64,000 nt of DNA, from the NCBI GenBank assembly GCA_027450205.1, contig DAIDJL010000004.1:11932-75931 (forward strand), in the 5' to 3' direction. This document shows positions 1 through 8,728 of this stretch, piece after piece (positions within the stretch are counted from its first letter, which is position 1; each line of letters opens with the position of its first letter). This DNA comes from Candidatus Parcubacteria bacterium (GTDB lineage: Bacteria > Patescibacteriota > Minisyncoccia > UBA6257 > 2-01-FULL-56-20). Position numbers and translations under genes: made by a program. A model generated the notes under the pieces. It was not told where the DNA came from, did not search any database, and was given only the letters and a program-made list of their open reading frames with translations.

Positions 1-1546
1 GATCCCGATCTGGGTTGCGGATTACGTGCTGGGTTCATACGGTACGGGCGCCATCATGGCGGTGCCCGCGCACGACGAGCGGGATTTTGAGTTCGCGAAA
101 AAGTTCGGTTTGCCTATCAGGAAGGTTGTAGTTCCAAAACCGATCATTCCCGGCGTGCCCAATGTGAGCGCTGCAATGGGTGGTGCAGCGCCGGAGTTGC
201 GTGCGGAAGAAGACTTATGGGAAGACGTCGGTGATTTAATAAACTCTGGCGATTTCACCGGTATGGATTCGGATCAGGCGAAAGCAGAGATCACAGCATC
301 CGTTGGCGGTATATTAAAGACGCAGTACAAGATCCGCGACTGGTCCGTATCGCGCCAGCGATACTGGGGCGTGCCGATCCCGATGGTGCACTGTCCGAAG
401 TGCGGCATCGTGCCGGTGCCGGAGAGCGACCTGCCGGTCGTGTTGCCGCCACTCGAGAACTATCGGCCGCAGGGGATGCCGCCGCTCGCGAGCTCGCCTG
501 CGTTCATTAATGTGAAGTGCCCGCAATGCGGCGGCGGCGCCAAACGCGATGCGGAAACGCTCGATACCTTCGTTGATTCATCGTGGTATTTCCTGCGCTA
601 TCCCGATCCGCACAACGCGGCGGAAATTTTTGATAAGAAAAAAGTGGCACACTGGATGCCGGTGGATCTCTATGTGATCGGCGCGGAGCACACCGTGATG
701 CACCTGCTCTATTCGCGCTTCATCACCAAATTCTTGCACGACGAAGGGTATCTTTCGTTCACCGAACCGTTTACGAAATTACGGCATATCGGGCTTATCA
801 TGGGTGCGGATGGCGCGAAGATGTCCAAGAGCAAGGGCAACGTGGTGAATCCGGACGAGATCGTCGCCGAGTTCAGCGCGGACGCGATGCGAATGTACCT
901 GATGTTTCTCGGCCCGTTCGATGACGCAACGCCGTGGGATGCGCGCGGGATCCTCGGGGTGGAACGTTTCCTGAAGCGGTTCTGGAAATATTACGCCGGT
1001 ACGATAGAGCGTATGAAACAGCCGGCTGTCTCCGGAGGTGCGGGTGGCGCGGCGGCTCCCGAAAAGCCGTCCGCAAAGGCGGCACTCCATCGCGCCATCA
1101 AAAAAGTGGGCGAGGATATTGAAGCGTTCAAGTTCAACACCGCTGTTTCTGCGCTTATGATACTCTTAAATGAGATGGAGGCCGCTGCGCCGCTCGCCGA
1201 AGACGACCTTGTTTCGCTCGTAAAGATCCTTCACCCGTTCGCACCCCACGCGGCACAGGAGCTATGGTCGCTTATGGGCAACAATACCTATCTGGACTTT
1301 GAGCCGTGGCCGGCGCACGATCCGGCGCTTATTGCGGAGATAAAGATCAGCCTGGCGTTCCAGGTGAACGGCAGGACGCGGGATACGGTTTCCGTGGATG
1401 CATCGATCGGCGAGGATGCCGTGAAAGAGCTCGCGCTTGCGAACGAAAAAGTAAATGTCGCGCTCGCGGCGGCAGGGCTTGCGCCCGGCGCCGCGCCGAA
1501 GCGCATCATTTATGTGGATAAAAAACTGGTGAATATCGTCGTGTAA
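1..1546 (+). CDS. leuS: Leucyl-tRNA synthetase, C-terminal ~500 aa (5' end lies upstream of the window)
   Basis: Class I aaRS signature KMSKSKGN. LeuRS-specific blocks are present (YGTGAIMAVPAHDERDFEFA, zinc-binding CPKCG/CPQCGG region, anticodon-binding domain). The frame is open to the window edge. Confidence 0.9.
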   Translation, partial: IPIWVADYVLGSYGTGAIMAVPAHDERDFEFAKKFGLPIRKVVVPKPIIPGVPNVSAAMGGAAPELRAEEDLWEDVGDLINSGDFTGMDSDQAKAEITASVGGILKTQYKIRDWSVSRQRYWGVPIPMVHCPKCGIVPVPESDLPVVLPPLENYRPQGMPPLASSPAFINVKCPQCGGGAKRDAETLDTFVDSSWYFLRYPDPHNAAEIFDKKKVAHWMPVDLYVIGAEHTVMHLLYSRFITKFLHDEGYLSFTEPFTKLRHIGLIMGADGAKMSKSKGNVVNPDEIVAEFSADAMRMYLMFLGPFDDATPWDARGILGVERFLKRFWKYYAGTIERMKQPAVSGGAGGAAAPEKPSAKAALHRAIKKVGEDIEAFKFNTAVSALMILLNEMEAAAPLAEDDLVSLVKILHPFAPHAAQELWSLMGNNTYLDFEPWPAHDPALIAEIKISLAFQVNGRTRDTVSVDASIGEDAVKELALANEKVNVALAAAGLAPGAAPKRIIYVDKKLVNIVV

Positions 1547-1554
1547 TCATATCC

Positions 1555-2586
1555 ATGGGAAACAAGATCATTTTCATTGCGATCGTTATCGTTGCGCTCG
1601 GCATCGGACTGTATATTTACAGCTCCGGCGCGATCACGGCGGGGGTGAACGGGCTTAATGCTATCATTCACGCGCCGACAAGCACGATGTTCGGGGCGGC
1701 GTCAACCAGTACGGGATCCGGCGCCACTTCCACCGCCACGCCTTCGTCATCGAATTCTTCGTGGTGGTCGTCGCTTTTCAGCTTCCTTGGTCCCGGCGGC
1801 GGTGCGTTTACCGGGTCGGGGGCTTCACCGTTGCTGCCGGGGCGAACAACGATCACCGCGCCTTCGTCGGGGTCCGGTTTTACCGCTGCAACAACCACGG
1901 TCAACCCCGCCGATATCCCGAAAGGATTCACGGCTGACCAGCTCTCGCCGTATTTCCATAAAGTGCGCCTTGCCGGCGTATCCGCGGGGTCGTACTACTC
2001 TTACGGTACGATCACGCTTTCGTACAATAATTATAACTCCACTGGCACGATCGATATCACCGGATGGCAGATCAGGTCAAAGAACAGCGGCGAATACATT
2101 CCGCAGGCGATCAATATCTATGACCCGTCGGGACTGACGCCCGCAAGCGACATTCTGATGAAGGCCGGCGATGTCGTGTATCTCTATTCCTCGTCCGCAC
2201 CGTTCAATGTGCGGATCAACGAGTGCATCGGCTATATCGCGCATATCGCGAATTTTAAGCCCGCTTTGCCGCACAACTGTCCGTACGTAGACCGTTCGAC
2301 CATAACAAACTTCACCGGACAGTGCCAAAACTATATTCTCTCCATCGGTTCGTGCCAGCAACCGAACATGTCGAGCCCGCAGATCCCGCGTACGGATTAT
2401 GCATGCCGGGATTATCTGGAAAATAATTTCACCTATAAGTCATGCTTCCAGGCGCATGCCGGCGATGCGAAATTCCTGAGCAATCAAGTATGGGTGTGGA
2501 CGGGCAGCAACGTCGTGGATCCGTATCACGATATCGTTGAGTTGCTCGACCGGAACGGGCTGCTCGTGGACATCTATTCGTATTAG
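1555..2586 (+). CDS. Hypothetical membrane-anchored protein (N-terminal TM helix, Ser/Thr-rich linker, Cys-containing C-terminal domain)
   Basis: N-terminal hydrophobic helix IIFIAIVIVALGIGLYIY, a long S/T/G low-complexity linker, and a C-terminal region with 6 Cys. No recognisable family. Confidence 0.5.
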   Translation: MGNKIIFIAIVIVALGIGLYIYSSGAITAGVNGLNAIIHAPTSTMFGAASTSTGSGATSTATPSSSNSSWWSSLFSFLGPGGGAFTGSGASPLLPGRTTITAPSSGSGFTAATTTVNPADIPKGFTADQLSPYFHKVRLAGVSAGSYYSYGTITLSYNNYNSTGTIDITGWQIRSKNSGEYIPQAINIYDPSGLTPASDILMKAGDVVYLYSSSAPFNVRINECIGYIAHIANFKPALPHNCPYVDRSTITNFTGQCQNYILSIGSCQQPNMSSPQIPRTDYACRDYLENNFTYKSCFQAHAGDAKFLSNQVWVWTGSNVVDPYHDIVELLDRNGLLVDIYSY

Positions 2587-2610
2587 ACCCCTCCCGCGGC
2601 GCTTTGCCCG

Positions 2611-3630
2611 TTACGTTCGCTCCGTGAGCACCATGGTTATCGGCAATTCTTTTCCGTCACGGAGGATCTTGAGTACTATCTCGTCCCCGACGCCGGAGTT
2701 CTCGAGAAAGTCCTGGATGGGGTGATCGCGGTCAAGTTTCTTTCCGTTGATCTCCAGAACGATGTCGTTCTCCTGTATGCCGGCTTTTTCCGCCGGGCTT
2801 TCCGGGACGACGGCCGCATCCCGGTCGCTTTCGCGCGCCACAAGCGCCCCGTGGTCCACGGAGAGATGCATTTTTTTTGCGAGCGTTTCATCTATCATCA
2901 CATAGCGTACGCCGAGGAGCGGCCGCCGGATGCGGCCGTATTTTTTAATATCATCAATGTCGCGGTGTGCGGCATTCACCGGGATCGCGAAGCCGATAGA
3001 CTGCGCTCCGGAGACGATCGCGGCATTCACGCCGACCACGAATCCGTTGCGGTCCACGATCGGGCCGCCGGAGTTGCCGGGATTGATCGCGGCGTCGGTC
3101 TGGATAAGGCCGCGCATCTCCTGCGGCGGCGCGTCGGGATCCTGCTGGGCTGTAATGGAGCGCGAAAGGCCGGAGACGATGCCGACGGAAACGGTATTGC
3201 GGAAAATGCCGAGCGCGTTGCCGATGGCGATGAGCGATTGGCCGAGCTGGAGCTTCGTGGCGTCGCCGAGGCGCACGCAGGGGAGTTTGTCCGCCGCGAT
3301 CTTCAGGATCGCCACGTCGTTAATCGGGTCGCGGCTCAATATTTTTGCGGGAAATGCGCGGCCATCGCTCAGGATCACGGTATACTCCGCCTTTTTCTCG
3401 CTGACTACATGTTTGTTCGTGAGGATAAGCCCGTTCGGCGCCACGACAAATCCCGACCCGCCGCCGGTGGTCACCATGCCGTGCTCGTCCGCCGCGCCGT
3501 CGGGAATCGTCACGCCCGCGCCGCCATTCGGCATCTGTTTTTTAAGATCATCCAGTTTTTCCGCGATGGCGATCGAAACCACCGAAGGCATGACCTTTTT
3601 GATGACCTTGATGACGCGCTTATCGTCCAT
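2611..3630 (-). CDS. htrA: HtrA/DegP-family trypsin-like serine protease with C-terminal PDZ domain
   Basis: Catalytic-triad context TNKHVV ... D ... GNSGGP. The PDZ-like tail contains GDEIVLKILRDGK. Confidence 0.85.
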   Translation of the reverse strand: MDDKRVIKVIKKVMPSVVSIAIAEKLDDLKKQMPNGGAGVTIPDGAADEHGMVTTGGGSGFVVAPNGLILTNKHVVSEKKAEYTVILSDGRAFPAKILSRDPINDVAILKIAADKLPCVRLGDATKLQLGQSLIAIGNALGIFRNTVSVGIVSGLSRSITAQQDPDAPPQEMRGLIQTDAAINPGNSGGPIVDRNGFVVGVNAAIVSGAQSIGFAIPVNAAHRDIDDIKKYGRIRRPLLGVRYVMIDETLAKKMHLSVDHGALVARESDRDAAVVPESPAEKAGIQENDIVLEINGKKLDRDHPIQDFLENSGVGDEIVLKILRDGKELPITMVLTERT

Positions 3631-3704
3631 GGGATTATTTTAACATGAAAGAATTGACTCGCGCCAAGCATTAATGATAGTCTCAATGCGGGAGGTGGTC
3701 ATTA

Positions 3705-3938
3705 ATGGCACCTTATGGAACAAAATCGCTTCCTCCTGCCGTACGCCCGATCGCCATATGCTTCATCGTTTTTGTTTGGGTGGCAGCGGTGGGACTTTCG
3801 CTCCTAACGTATGCGACGTTTCAATCGTGGAAGAGTGCCGGTATCGTCGCAGTGATCGGCTTGGTCGTCGCGATTCTTGTAACCCGTATTTTGGGGAGTC
3901 TCCTGGGGTGGTGGACTACCAGCTTTCCCATCGACTAG
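3705..3938 (+). CDS. Small two-TM membrane protein, hypothetical
   Basis: 77 aa with two hydrophobic helices. GGGAGGTGG Shine-Dalgarno about 8 nt upstream of the ATG. Confidence 0.45.
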   Translation: MAPYGTKSLPPAVRPIAICFIVFVWVAAVGLSLLTYATFQSWKSAGIVAVIGLVVAILVTRILGSLLGWWTTSFPID

Positions 3939-3952
3939 TAAGTCTCTTCGTC

Positions 3953-3990
3953 GTCGATCGGCCGGGGTTTTAACCCCTGGCCGATTTTTT
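3953..3990. terminator. Bidirectional intrinsic terminator between convergent genes
   Basis: GC hairpin ATCGGCCGGGG-TTTTAA-CCCCTGGCCGAT followed by TTTTTT. It lies between the + small membrane gene and the - methyltransferase. Confidence 0.6.
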
Positions 3991-4870
3991 ATTTCACAAA
4001 TCGTACATAAATTCCCGACGGCATCACGCGTCCGGAACCTTTTTCGTTCACGCGCAATTCGCCGAATTCGCCGTTCTTGATCTCGCCGAACGAACCTTCC
4101 ATTGCCTGCACCAGTGATTGTGGCGCGTAACCCGCGGCGTAGCCGTTCAGTAAAAAGAACGAACCGGGTTTTTGCGCGAAAATTTTGCGTACGGCATCCA
4201 GCAGGGGAACAATATCCTCTTCAATACGCCACACTTCGCCGTCCGGACCGCGGCCGAATGCGGGCGGGTCGAGGATGATGCCGTCGTATACTGAACCGCG
4301 CCGGATCTCGCGTTGCACGAATTTGAGCGCGTCGTCGGTGATGTAGCGGAGTGTGTCCGGTGGAACTTTCGAGAGCGTCGCATTCTCCTTTGCCCATGTG
4401 TTGCTCTGCTTGGAGGCATCAAGATGGGTGACCATCGCGCCATGCTTTGCGGCAACGATGCTCGCAATGCCGGTGTAGCCGAAGAGATTGAGGATTTTTG
4501 GCGAGCCGCCGCGTTTTGCAAGCGCGCTCACGCGCTCGCCGATCCATTCCCAGTTCGGCGCCTGTTCGGGGAATACGCCGGTGTGCTTGAAGGACGTCAG
4601 CCGCAGGGTGAATCGCGCATCGCTGTGCCACGTGATATCCCACATCTCCGCGCCGCCCTTGTTCATCGAGCGCCAGGATCCCTTTCCGCCATCAAAACGG
4701 AATTCCGCTTTCGCGGTCTTCCATAGTTCCGGATGGAGCGGCTTCCAGATCGCCTGTGTCTCCGGTCGGATCAAAACAAACGGCCCGAACCGCTCCAGTT
4801 TTTTATTGTCGCCGGAGTCGAGAAGCTCGTAATCGGGCCAGCCGTCCGTAGAAAGATCAATTTGCCGCAT
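3989..4870 (-). CDS. Class I SAM-dependent rRNA methyltransferase (RlmI/RlmK-like, PF10672-type)
   Basis: Motifs LNLFGYTGIASIVAA (SAM-binding glycine-rich block) and ILDPPAF (catalytic motif IV). Overall architecture matches YccW/RlmI-like enzymes. Confidence 0.7.
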   Translation of the reverse strand: MRQIDLSTDGWPDYELLDSGDNKKLERFGPFVLIRPETQAIWKPLHPELWKTAKAEFRFDGGKGSWRSMNKGGAEMWDITWHSDARFTLRLTSFKHTGVFPEQAPNWEWIGERVSALAKRGGSPKILNLFGYTGIASIVAAKHGAMVTHLDASKQSNTWAKENATLSKVPPDTLRYITDDALKFVQREIRRGSVYDGIILDPPAFGRGPDGEVWRIEEDIVPLLDAVRKIFAQKPGSFFLLNGYAAGYAPQSLVQAMEGSFGEIKNGEFGELRVNEKGSGRVMPSGIYVRFVK

Positions 4871-5014
4871 AAAAGGATTATATCAGAAATCAAAAAGACC
4901 GTTCTTTCGAACGATCTTTTTGAAAATGGTGCTTGCGGCACCACGCTAGGCTGCCACCTTGATATCCATAGTACTCGGATCTCTATGGACGTCAAGTTTA
5001 AGTTCGTGCCAACG

Positions 5015-5086
5015 TTGACCGGTGGGGAGTCGAACCCCAAACTGCCAGGTGGCAGCCTAGCCGTGATACCGTTTCACCACCGGCCC
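5015..5086 (-). tRNA. tRNA-Gly(GCC)-like gene with aberrant anticodon arm (possible pseudo-tRNA) and structured 3' trailer
   Basis: Minus-strand read GGGCCGG-TG-GTGA-AACGGTA-TCAC ... TGGGG-TTCGACT-CCCCA-CCGGTCA-A gives canonical acceptor, D and T arms. The anticodon stem CTAGG/CCTGG encloses a 6-nt loop CTGCCA containing GCC, one nucleotide short of canonical. No CCA is encoded. Confidence 0.4.
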
Positions 5087-5159
5087 TCTCGGTCGTTGGC
5101 TTTGCCACCATAGCATAGAGGCAATTAAAACTGTCTAAACTCTATGTTTAATAAAAACA

Positions 5160-5996
5160 CTATTTCCCTAATGTGTCGCCGTGTCGCACGCTCCACTGAT
5201 ACAAAACGACCGCGGCGGACACCGACGCGTTCAGCGATTCGGTGCGCGCATGCATCGGGATCCGCAAAGAAATATCGCAACGTTCCATGGTTTTCTGGCG
5301 GATACCTTCGCCTTCGTTGCCCACGATGAAAAGCGCGGGCGCGGCAAATTGTTCGTCCATAATATTCTGTGCGCCGTTCATCACGAGTCCGTAAGTGACG
5401 AAGCCGATCTTTTTAAGCGCGTCCACGGCCTGGTTGACGTTGCCGATCGAGATGAGGGGAATGCGGAATGCCATGCCGGCGGAGGTCTTTACGACCGTGC
5501 CGGTGATCGGCGCCTGGTTATGGACGGGGATCAGCACGCCCGCCGCGCCGAACGCCGCCGCGGAGCGGATGATCGCGCCCACGTTGTGCGGATCGGTAAG
5601 CTCGTCGAGCAGGACGAGCATCGTCTTCTCGGTGGGGCGGAGACTTGCGATGAACTGCTTAAGATCAAGAAGCAGCGATCCTGGGTCGGTGACGGCGATC
5701 ACTCCCTGATGCGCGGTCTCACGGCCGACGACACGGTCTATTTCGCTGGATTTCAACACGCCGGGCGTGAGGCTGGCGTTGCGAAGCAGTGTCCGCAGTT
5801 CGGGATCATTCACTTCTGGCGACAAGAAAACCTTCCGCACTGCGTGCGGCGCATGCGCGAGCGCTTCCATCAGCGCATGTTTGCCGTAGATGTATATCTT
5901 CTCGCGCGAGCCATGCGCGGAATAGTGCGCGCGCGCAGGGTGTTCGCGGCGTGGTGCGCGGCCGGAGTGCGCGCGCGATGGGCGGTGCCTTTTCAT
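5160..5996 (-). CDS. rlmB: TrmH/SpoU-family 23S rRNA 2'-O-methyltransferase (RlmB-like)
   Basis: SpoU motifs LVLLDELTDPHNVGAIIRSAAAFG, FIVGNEGEGI, ESLNASVSAAVVLY. The ATG at 5996 (MKRHRP...) is preferred over the track start at 6071, whose extra N-terminus is Arg-rich junk. Confidence 0.8.
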   Translation of the reverse strand: MKRHRPSRAHSGRAPRREHPARAHYSAHGSREKIYIYGKHALMEALAHAPHAVRKVFLSPEVNDPELRTLLRNASLTPGVLKSSEIDRVVGRETAHQGVIAVTDPGSLLLDLKQFIASLRPTEKTMLVLLDELTDPHNVGAIIRSAAAFGAAGVLIPVHNQAPITGTVVKTSAGMAFRIPLISIGNVNQAVDALKKIGFVTYGLVMNGAQNIMDEQFAAPALFIVGNEGEGIRQKTMERCDISLRIPMHARTESLNASVSAAVVLYQWSVRHGDTLGK

Positions 5997-6000
5997 AGTC

Positions 6001-6639
6001 CTATTTCCCGTGCTGGAATTCCGTTCCCGGCTTCCATGGCACGCCGAGCCAGGGGAGCAGCCACCGGTCAATGCCGAGCCAGCCGGCGTTGCGCCAGGCG
6101 AGGATCAGGAATAGTTGGATCAAAAGGAGAAAGGGATTCGTGCTGACGGTGCCGGCGAATAAATAATTGAGGTTCATGAATGCGCCGAAGAACGCGGCGA
6201 TGCCGGTGAACGCGCCAAGCACGAGTCCGATGCCGACGGCCAGTTCGCCGAGGGTGATGATATACGAGAACGTCGCGGCATGGGGGATCGCGACGTTGCT
6301 GATGAACCATGCGTACCATCCCGCCACTGCCGGATTCGATCCTGCGGCTTTTGCGAGCGCGCCCTTCAGAAACCCGCTGATCGCCGTCCCCGCGTGCGCG
6401 CCGACCCATGCGGCGTTTGTCATCTTTTCCCATCCCGCCATCACCCATTCGTAGCCCACGTAGAGGCGGAGCAGGAGCCATACCCATGCTACGCGTGTGT
6501 CTGCGAATAAAAACTCCGCAATTTTCGGTTCGGGGATTACGACCGCTTCGTGCAATGGGCTTTCAGCCATGGAGTTATCATACCATAGATTGTGCGGTTT
6601 GCATGGGCGAGACAGCCGCGACGGCGGGAGCGTCGTCAC
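6001..6639 (-). CDS. DoxX-family membrane protein
   Basis: Four predicted TM helices with DoxX-like composition (WVWLLLRLYVGYEWVMAGWEK ... FLLLIQLFLILAW). The true start is possibly the internal MAESPL. Confidence 0.55.
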   Translation of the reverse strand: MTTLPPSRLSRPCKPHNLWYDNSMAESPLHEAVVIPEPKIAEFLFADTRVAWVWLLLRLYVGYEWVMAGWEKMTNAAWVGAHAGTAISGFLKGALAKAAGSNPAVAGWYAWFISNVAIPHAATFSYIITLGELAVGIGLVLGAFTGIAAFFGAFMNLNYLFAGTVSTNPFLLLIQLFLILAWRNAGWLGIDRWLLPWLGVPWKPGTEFQHGK

Positions 6640-6776
6640 GTTGACCGCGCGTTAGCCCCTATAAAAGCTGGATAAAATTCTTAGGCACGATCGGCGCCGC
6701 CGAAAATCATTACCGACCCCATATTCCAATTGTATTAGTGGTAAAGGTCGAGAAAACATAATTATCTACCAAACAT

Positions 6777-6950
6777 ATGTGGAAACAATGGACAAACGTG
6801 GTGCTCGGACTCCTGGTTCTTATTGGTACATACGCGGGAGTGACCATGGGATGGATTATGACCGGCGTGGCATTGATGACCATTCTGGCTTGCTGGGCTG
6901 GAATAGAAGGCCTCGGAGCGGAAAGCAGATCGGCAGCACATGCGCATTAG
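6777..6950 (+). CDS. Unannotated small hydrophobic protein (57 aa, two predicted TM helices)
   Basis: ATG..TAG frame encodes MWKQWTNVVLGLLVLIGTYAGVTMGWIMTGVALMTILACWAGIEGLGAESRSAAHAH. It is absent from the ORF track only because it is under 60 aa. It lies directly upstream of hsp20. Confidence 0.3.
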   Translation: MWKQWTNVVLGLLVLIGTYAGVTMGWIMTGVALMTILACWAGIEGLGAESRSAAHAH

Positions 6951-6995
6951 CGTGCGGCGGATGGCAAAGGTCGGCAATAATTAATAACTAAAACC

Positions 6996-7457
6996 ATGCC
7001 CATCATTAGAAAAGCGAAAGAAGAGAACGAGCCGTTGTCGCTTCGCGAAGCGATGGGCCGCCTGTTTGATGAGAGTTTTTGGAGCCCATTCGACTTTTCT
7101 GTTCCGGTGATCCGCGGACGCTGGTTGGCTTATCCAAAAACTGATGTCTCGGAAACCGATCGCGAGGTTACGGTAGTTGCGAACATTCCCGGAATTGATC
7201 CCGACAAAATAGAAATTGATGCGGGCGACAGTTCGATTCGCCTAAGCGGCAAGCTTGAGAAAGAGGCGGAAGAGAAGGGAAGGCAATTCTACCGCTATGA
7301 GCGTGAATATGGGGAGTTCAGCCGTGAAGTCCCGTTACCCGCAAAGGTTGATCCGGATAAGGTTTCGGCGAAGGCGAAGAATGGCGTGCTCACGATCACG
7401 CTTCCGAAAATAGAAAAAGAGAGCCGAAAGAAGATAGAAATAAAAAAGGAATCGTGA
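6996..7457 (+). CDS. Hsp20/alpha-crystallin family small heat shock protein
   Basis: Alpha-crystallin domain, including the C-terminal GVLTITLPK motif. Confidence 0.85.
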   Translation: MPIIRKAKEENEPLSLREAMGRLFDESFWSPFDFSVPVIRGRWLAYPKTDVSETDREVTVVANIPGIDPDKIEIDAGDSSIRLSGKLEKEAEEKGRQFYRYEREYGEFSREVPLPAKVDPDKVSAKAKNGVLTITLPKIEKESRKKIEIKKES

Positions 7458-7613
7458 AAAAAATGAACACCACGACGTTCGATAGGAGGTGATCGCGGCT
7501 GCAATCGCCATTTGTCGTATCAGTCCGCGATCGCCTCATGGCGGGTAGTGGTATAGTCATATTCCAAACAATGCGGCACACCAGGAGGGGACGCCTTTTT
7601 CTTTATTTTGCTG

Positions 7614-7698
7614 CGGAGAGGGTGGGATTCGAACCCACGGGCCCTTGCGGGCGGCCGCATTTCAAGTGCGGTGGAATAAACCACTATCCGACCTCTCC
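7614..7698 (-). tRNA. tRNA-Ser(TGA)
   Basis: Acceptor stem GGAGAGG/CCTCTCC. Anticodon stem CCGCA/TGCGG with loop CTTGAAA. Long variable arm. T-arm GTGGG-TTCGAAT-CCCAC. Confidence 0.85.
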
Positions 7699-7711
7699 AT
7701 ATTCAATTTTG

Positions 7712-7782
7712 TGGACCCACGGGGAATCGAACCCCGACCTCCTCCATGCCATGGAGGCGTAATACCATTTTACTATGGGCCC
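7712..7782 (-). tRNA. tRNA-Ala(GGC)
   Basis: Acceptor stem GGGCCCA/TGGGTCC carries the G3:U70 Ala identity pair. Anticodon stem CCTCC/GGAGG with loop ATGGCAT. T-arm CGGGG-TTCGATT-CCCCG. Confidence 0.8.
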
Positions 7783-7862
7783 TTTTTTATGACGATAGCA
7801 ATCCTGCCACTCATTCTATATATATTGCGACCATTGCGTCAATCGTCTATAGTGTTTGCAAA

Positions 7863-7934
7863 GCCCTCGTAGTTCAATGGATAGAACAAATCCGTCCTAA
7901 GGATAAAATGGAAGTTCGATTCTCCCCGAGGGCA
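7863..7934 (+). tRNA. tRNA-Arg(CCT)
   Basis: Perfect acceptor stem GCCCTCG/CGAGGGC. D-arm GTTC-AATGGATA-GAAC. Anticodon loop GTCCTAA. T-loop TTCGATT. Confidence 0.8.
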
Positions 7935-7943
7935 CACCGACAC

Positions 7944-7978
7944 GGCGGAGTTATCCACCGCCGGGCTTTTCTTTTTTT
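7944..7978 (+). terminator. Intrinsic terminator after tRNA-Arg
   Basis: Hairpin GGCGG-AGTTATCCA-CCGCC followed by GGGCTTTTCTTTTTTT. Confidence 0.65.
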
Positions 7979-8492
7979 GGGAGAGTGGTACGGTAAAAGG
8001 AGCTGCTTTCGGTGTCCAACCAGGGATCGGAAGTACATCTTTAAATACCGAGGGTAAAATGGCAACAGTCGTAGTTGCGCTTAGCGGTACCCGGGAGACC
8101 CATATCCCGGGAAATGGCGTTCCTCGCTTATCCCAACCCCAGTTTGTTTGCACGGATCCCCACCTTTCCGGCAGGCTTCTCTCCGATTTCCTGCAGGGCG
8201 TCAATTGCACCCTTTCCGGTCCGCAGAAGATGCGGATGCTGGATCACGCCAAAGTCTGTCCGTCTTGCAATGGCGTGCTGACAAGGAAGTTTGGAAAGAG
8301 GTTTTCCTGGGACAATTAAGGTCGAGTTTTCGGATTTTTTACCCCACCCCCACACCATGGCGTCGTTTTCATTTTTAGGATCCGGCGCCATCACTCTGTT
8401 CGGACCCTTGAAAAGGGTCCGCATTTCTGTAACTATAGAGCGGGGAGGGTTTTTGATTGGCAGGGGTCCAAGGCGCCGCACGCATGCAAAGC

Positions 8493-8579
8493 GGTGAGGT
8501 GGCTGAGTGGTCGAAGGCGCCGCACTCGAAATGCGGTGTACCTGAAAGGGTACCGTGGGTTCGAATCCCACCCTCACCG
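8493..8579 (+). tRNA. tRNA-Ser(CGA)
   Basis: Acceptor stem GGTGAGG/CCTCACC. Anticodon stem CCGCA/TGCGG with loop CTCGAAA. Long variable arm. T-arm GTGGG-TTCGAAT-CCCAC. The acceptor stem is extended by a flanking inverted repeat GCATGCAAAGC / GCTTTGCATGC. Confidence 0.85.
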
Positions 8580-8634
8580 CTTTGCATGTGCAGCCTTCTT
8601 TCTTGGTCCACGGCCGCAGGCGCGGTACAAGATC

Positions 8635-8707
8635 GCCACCTTAGCTCAGCTGGTAGAGCAGTGCTTTCGTAAAGCAAAGGTCCCCGGTTCAAATCCGGGA
8701 GGTGGCT
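8635..8707 (+). tRNA. tRNA-Thr(CGT)
   Basis: Acceptor stem GCCACCT/AGGTGGC. D-arm GCTC-AGCTGGTA-GAGC. Anticodon loop TTCGTAA. T-arm CCCGG-TTCAAAT-CCGGG. Confidence 0.8.
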
Positions 8708-8728
8708 CAGAGGTGGTATAATGGAATC

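Noticed and set aside
7980-8492. tmRNA, RNase P RNA or SRP RNA in the 500-nt gap within the tRNA cluster
   Set aside because: I could not identify the tmRNA tRNA-like ends or a tag reading frame ending in ...AA-stop. The RNase P P4/CR-I-III consensus (GGAAAGTCCGGGC-type) and the SRP domain IV motif were also not found by eye on either strand. Left as unassigned structured non-coding DNA pending a covariance-model scan.
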